Shown: piece by piece, positions 60,271 through 64,000 of the stretch
Numbering within the stretch: the first letter of the stretch is position 1
Layout: every line of letters begins with the position of its first letter
Assembly (NCBI GenBank): GCA_963822585.1
Contig: CAWGIE010000026.1
Span: 288,001-352,000 of the forward strand
Reading direction: 5' to 3'
DNA length: 64,000 nucleotides
Origin: an uncultured bacterium
GTDB lineage: Bacteria > Auribacterota > Erginobacteria > Erginobacterales > Erginobacteraceae
Notes under the pieces: generated by a model
Database searches by the model: none
What the model saw: only the letters and a program-made list of their open reading frames with translations
What the model was told of the DNA's origin: nothing
Made by a program: the position numbers and the translations under genes

Positions 60271-61017
60271 TTATTTTGAGTTTGGTTCAGATAAGACTTG
60301 TATCAACCAGGCGGGATTGTTGCTGGCCACGGCATCGACGGAGCAACGGACGACTTTCTCCAGTTCATTCTCCCGGTCGATGGTCCAGGCGATGACTTTT
60401 CTTCCCGCCCGGTGGGCCGCGGCCACCCGGGGAGCAGTGATAATACTCCAGCGGGCGGAGAGGAGATCGAGACCCGAGTAGTCGCCATCCGCGCACTCTT
60501 CCCAGACCTCTTCCCGATTGAAAATAAGAGCGGTCCGGACCTCCGGCAGCACGGCCTTACAGAGCCGGACGGCTTCCCGGTCGAAAGACGCCAGAATGAC
60601 CCGGGAATGGAACCGATTTTTCCCGATAATCTCCGCGGCGCGGCGGACCAGCTTCGGGCGGACGGAGTCCCGTCCCTGATCGATCTTCAACTCGATACAG
60701 AGACCGATCCGGCCGGGGAGAATACACCGGATCGTTTCGTCCAGGGTAGGAATCCGCTCCCCCGAGAATTGCCCGGAAAAGTATCCCCCGGCGTCGATTT
60801 TTTTCAACTCCGCGAGCGTCTTCTCATCCACCGGTCCGGTACCGTCGCTGGTCCGGGAAAGATCCCGGTCGTGGAAGACCACAACCTCGTTGTCCCGGCT
60901 CAGCCGGATATCGAGTTCGATCAGATCGGCCCCGACCCGGACCGCCTCCCGGAAGGCGGCCAGCGTGTTTTCCGGGGCCACCGCCGAGGCTCCTCTGTGC
61001 GCGACAGTCAATATCAT
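60271..61017 (-). CDS. Glycerophosphodiester phosphodiesterase family protein
   Basis: AHRGAS..APENTLAAF, IELDI, HD, RIPTLDE, IELK, WTID. Confidence 0.93.
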   Translation of the reverse strand: MILTVAHRGASAVAPENTLAAFREAVRVGADLIELDIRLSRDNEVVVFHDRDLSRTSDGTGPVDEKTLAELKKIDAGGYFSGQFSGERIPTLDETIRCILPGRIGLCIELKIDQGRDSVRPKLVRRAAEIIGKNRFHSRVILASFDREAVRLCKAVLPEVRTALIFNREEVWEECADGDYSGLDLLSARWSIITAPRVAAAHRAGRKVIAWTIDRENELEKVVRCSVDAVASNNPAWLIQVLSEPNSK

Positions 61018-61051
61018 TACACAACCTCAATCGAGCATAATACCATTAAAA

Positions 61052-61149
61052 AACCACGAAGGTCACGAAGGTCACGAAGAAGAGTATAAAAGGGAAAAAA
61101 ATTGTTTCCCTGATGCAGTATCTTCGTGGCCTTCGTGTTCTTCGTGGTT
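61052..61149. repeat. Inverted nonamer-array element (CACGAAGNN)x3
   Basis: aaccacgaaggtcacgaaggtcacgaaga ... tcttcgtggccttcgtgttcttcgtggtt. Confidence 0.9.
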
Positions 61150-61158
61150 CGGAATAGA

Positions 61159-63288
61159 TTAAATAACAGCCGCACCGGAGGGGTTGATGGAGAGACCGGA
61201 TACCGGCAGATCTCCGGTTTTCCCGAAGTAGATCCGGGTAATTCCCCGCACCGACCAGAGGCCGCCGGTATCCCGGAAGACGGCGATATTCGCCTTCAGC
61301 ACTCCCTGGTAATTTCCCGGGACCGGGCGATCGCCGGGGTTACCGAAATAAAAACGGGTATAGTCCTGGAGAGCCCAGAGACCGGAACTGCCCCGGAAAA
61401 TCCCCAGGGTGTAGGCGCCCGGGTAGATCCCCGGATAATTGGCCGGAACGGGGGTGTCTCCCGATTTGCCGAAGTACACACGGGTCAGCCCCTTGATCGC
61501 CCAGAGGCCGGAAGCCCCGCGGAAAACGGCGATGTATTTCTCCGGCGACGCGCCATTGAAGGGGACCGGGCGATCTCCCGACCGACCGAAGTAGGACCGG
61601 GTCACGCCCTTGATCGCCCAGAGCGCCGCCACCGGTCGAAAAACACCAATCTCACAGGCGCCGTTGCCGTTATAATCACCCGGGACCGGAATATCACCCG
61701 CCTGGCCGAAATAGGTCCGGCTGATGGCCCGGATGGCCCAGAGCCCGCTGGAGTTCCGGAAGACGGCGATATCGGAAATCCCGTCGGCATTGAAGTCGCC
61801 CGAGGCCGGCGTATCTCCGCCGGCGCCGAAATAGACCCGGGTCACGCCCTTGATCGCCCAGAGACCGGAACTGCGCCGGAAGATAGCGATATCGGAAGTT
61901 CCGTCGCCATTATAGTCCCCGCTGTCGATTGATGCCGGAAAAAAAGCAGGGGTGGGGGTCATCGTGGGAGAAGGATAAGCGCCGCGCCGATACAGCGGGA
62001 AATTGATCCCTCCGGTATTGGCAGGGATCATGGTGGCCTGACTCTTGATATCTTTCTGGTTATAATACTGGTTCCGGTAATCCGGGCTCTGGAAGACGTC
62101 CGCGAATACCAGATAGGTCCCGATGTTCAGGGTCCCGGTAGAATAATATCCCTGGCTGTTTGAGATCCCGATACTGGTCATGGTCGATCCCAGCGCCCGG
62201 ACATAGATATCGGGGATGCCGGCCCCCGTTACCCGGTCATAGACGCGGCCCGAGATCGGGCCCCTCACGATCTCGGCGGTGGGGGTGGGCCGCGGGGTCG
62301 GAGTCCGTGGAGGGATAGACGGGGTCGGCTGAGGAGAAGGCGTCATACTGGGGGCGGGGGTGGGCGAAGGGAAAACGTCGTATGCCTGCATGACCGCCAT
62401 ATGGTCCATCGCGAAACTGTGCGAGTCCCCGTAGAGAACGGGCGGGAGGTTCCAGAGCGGGGTGGACGGGGGGGCGGTGGTGGTGTCTGACCAGCGCGAG
62501 AAGACATGACTGTCGAGAACTATCCCGGCGTCATATTCGTAATCCTCGGTGCCGATAATCAGGGTGGCGTGGCGGTCGTCCAAAAGCTGGTTGGGCATGA
62601 TCCAGTCAAAGGGACGATCGCGGGACTGGTTTGTGTTCTCATCGCCAAGCCGGTCCTCCGGCCGAAAGGTAGCCGGATCGAGGAAGGTGGCGAAGGTCTG
62701 GATACACCACTCGTACTGGGTTTCGGTGTTCAGATCCCCGCCCACGATAATATAACCGGTGAATCCCCGAGAAGCGATATAATCCTCGACATAGGTCTTG
62801 ATGAGGGTGGCTTGCAGGGCCCGCGTGGCGGCTTCTCCGGCGTCCGCTTTCAGGTGAACGCTGACCGCCAACAGATCGGTATTCCCCGGAAGATCGATCT
62901 CCACCCAGGCGAAATCGGGTCGATTGCTCCCCCCCACGGTATCCTCCCAATTCCCCGCGGTCTGGATCGTCCAGCGGCTGACGATACCGTTGTTGGCGAC
63001 AAAGGCGCCGGAGCCACCGGATCCGAGGAAAAAATCAAACTCAGGGCCGAACGCCTGGTCGACATAATCCCGGTAGGTTCCCCCGCCGATTCGCCACTCC
63101 TGGAGAAGAGTGATATCCGGCGCCAGTCCCTGAAAGATCCTGATCGATTCCTGTCCGGCATAGGTACCGATCTTACTGACATTCTGGGTCGCTATTTTGA
63201 GATCGCTCCCCGGAAGGCAGGGACCGCCGACTACCAGCGCCGGGATCGCCAGGAAGAGGAGTATCCTGAAAATACGGTATCGGTTCAT
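61159..63288 (-). CDS. Secreted EEP (endonuclease/exonuclease/phosphatase) protein with Pro/Thr linker, beta-sandwich and FG-GAP/VCBS-like repeats
   Basis: IATQNV, LLQE, VSVHLKA, GGDLN, FDWI, MDH; PSPTP linker; six GLWA..G.TR.YFG repeats. Confidence 0.85.
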   Translation of the reverse strand: MNRYRIFRILLFLAIPALVVGGPCLPGSDLKIATQNVSKIGTYAGQESIRIFQGLAPDITLLQEWRIGGGTYRDYVDQAFGPEFDFFLGSGGSGAFVANNGIVSRWTIQTAGNWEDTVGGSNRPDFAWVEIDLPGNTDLLAVSVHLKADAGEAATRALQATLIKTYVEDYIASRGFTGYIIVGGDLNTETQYEWCIQTFATFLDPATFRPEDRLGDENTNQSRDRPFDWIMPNQLLDDRHATLIIGTEDYEYDAGIVLDSHVFSRWSDTTTAPPSTPLWNLPPVLYGDSHSFAMDHMAVMQAYDVFPSPTPAPSMTPSPQPTPSIPPRTPTPRPTPTAEIVRGPISGRVYDRVTGAGIPDIYVRALGSTMTSIGISNSQGYYSTGTLNIGTYLVFADVFQSPDYRNQYYNQKDIKSQATMIPANTGGINFPLYRRGAYPSPTMTPTPAFFPASIDSGDYNGDGTSDIAIFRRSSGLWAIKGVTRVYFGAGGDTPASGDFNADGISDIAVFRNSSGLWAIRAISRTYFGQAGDIPVPGDYNGNGACEIGVFRPVAALWAIKGVTRSYFGRSGDRPVPFNGASPEKYIAVFRGASGLWAIKGLTRVYFGKSGDTPVPANYPGIYPGAYTLGIFRGSSGLWALQDYTRFYFGNPGDRPVPGNYQGVLKANIAVFRDTGGLWSVRGITRIYFGKTGDLPVSGLSINPSGAAVI

Positions 63289-63336
63289 GGAGTGAATCTC
63301 CTTTATTATTTTTTCAAAGAAAAAATAATACAGCGG

Positions 63337-64000
63337 TTACTTCGTCGCCGGCAGATCGCCGGTGGCCCCGAAATAAACCCGGCTGATACCCCGGACAGCC
63401 CAGATACCCCGGCCGGGACGGAAGACGCCCATATCGTCGCGGAAATCGCCGTTGTAATCGGCCGGCACCGGCTGGCGGCCGACGCCGCCGAAATACACCC
63501 GGCTGATTCCGCGGATTGCCCAGAGACCGGAGCTGGAGCGATAGATCGCCGCCGACGCCGTCCCGGACCCGCTGTAATCTCCGGGAATAGCCGCATCATC
63601 CCCTCCTCCGAAATAGAACCGGGTCACGTCCTTGGCCGCCCACATCCGGGTGGCGGACCGGAAGACGGAGACATCCATGAAACCGTCACCGTCATAGTCC
63701 GCGATGGCCGGGATATCGCCGGAACCGCCGAAGTACACGCGGCCCAGGCCGTTGACCGCCCAGAGACCGGCGGTGGGCCGGAAGATACCCCAATCACAGA
63801 CACCGTCACCATCGTAGTCGCCGGGAACCGGTAGGTCACCAAGACCGCCGAAATAGCTCCGGGTCATCCCCCGCACGGCCCAGAGACCGCTGGTGTCCCG
63901 GAAAAGGGCAATGTCGGTACACCCGTCACCGTCATAGTCTCCGGAAACGGGGATATCCCCGTCATTACCATAGTAAACCCGGGTGATGCCCCGGACCGCC
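63337..64000 (-). CDS. FG-GAP/VCBS-like repeat protein, 5'-truncated by the window edge
   Basis: Repeats of PGDYDGDG..D.G.FR...GLWAV.G..RVYFG ending GDLPATK; frame open to the window end. Confidence 0.85.
   Translation of the reverse strand, partial: AVRGITRVYYGNDGDIPVSGDYDGDGCTDIALFRDTSGLWAVRGMTRSYFGGLGDLPVPGDYDGDGVCDWGIFRPTAGLWAVNGLGRVYFGGSGDIPAIADYDGDGFMDVSVFRSATRMWAAKDVTRFYFGGGDDAAIPGDYSGSGTASAAIYRSSSGLWAIRGISRVYFGGVGRQPVPADYNGDFRDDMGVFRPGRGIWAVRGISRVYFGATGDLPATK

Noticed and set aside
62506..63834. Long + strand ORFs (also 61126-61932, 60298-61089, 55504-56358, 58887-59594)
   Set aside because: They are antisense shadows of well-supported minus-strand genes in GC-rich DNA and carry no motifs.
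61200..64000. Roughly 108-bp periodic DNA repeats (gcccagag...) as a CRISPR-like array
   Set aside because: They are coding repeats of the GLWA..YFG motif with codon-level variation.

Overview
Bacterial chromosomal segment. The C-terminal 'GDYNGDGxxDIAIFRxxSGLWAIxGxTRxYFG' repeat proteins suggest a PVC-neighbouring lineage such as Ca. Auribacterota (inference only). Positions 0.7-30 kb are one + strand surface-glycan locus: two B12-radical SAM enzymes, a flippase, an ATP-grasp ligase, epimerases, a nucleotide-sugar dehydrogenase, GT2/GT4 enzymes, methyltransferases, a DegT aminotransferase, several GT-C/DUF2079 membrane transferases and an SIS isomerase. Many of these genes carry single-base frameshifts. 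Next come a PaaX-like (wHTH + Cas2-like) gene bracketed by two copies of a long palindrome, a his operon (D,C,B,A,I; no H/F), a sugar ABC cluster, a PUA/EVE-like-DUF559 nuclease, manC, ruvX, lepB and an orphan histidine kinase. Gene orientation flips from + to - at about 48.7 kb, exactly at a 28-bp dif-like (XerC/D) site. Beyond it lie an ECF sigma/anti-sigma pair, a lipid kinase, a TPR-peptidase, a rhomboid, ktrAB, a tandem two-domain Cas4/AddB-like Fe-S nuclease, a GDPD and secreted propeller-repeat proteins. Intergenic DNA, and one CDS, is full of small structured repeats: inverted 7/8/9-mer arrays, MITE-like and REP-like hairpins, and two leader motifs that each occur twice directly before start codons. 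No rRNA, tRNA, CRISPR array, transposase or reverse transcriptase was seen.
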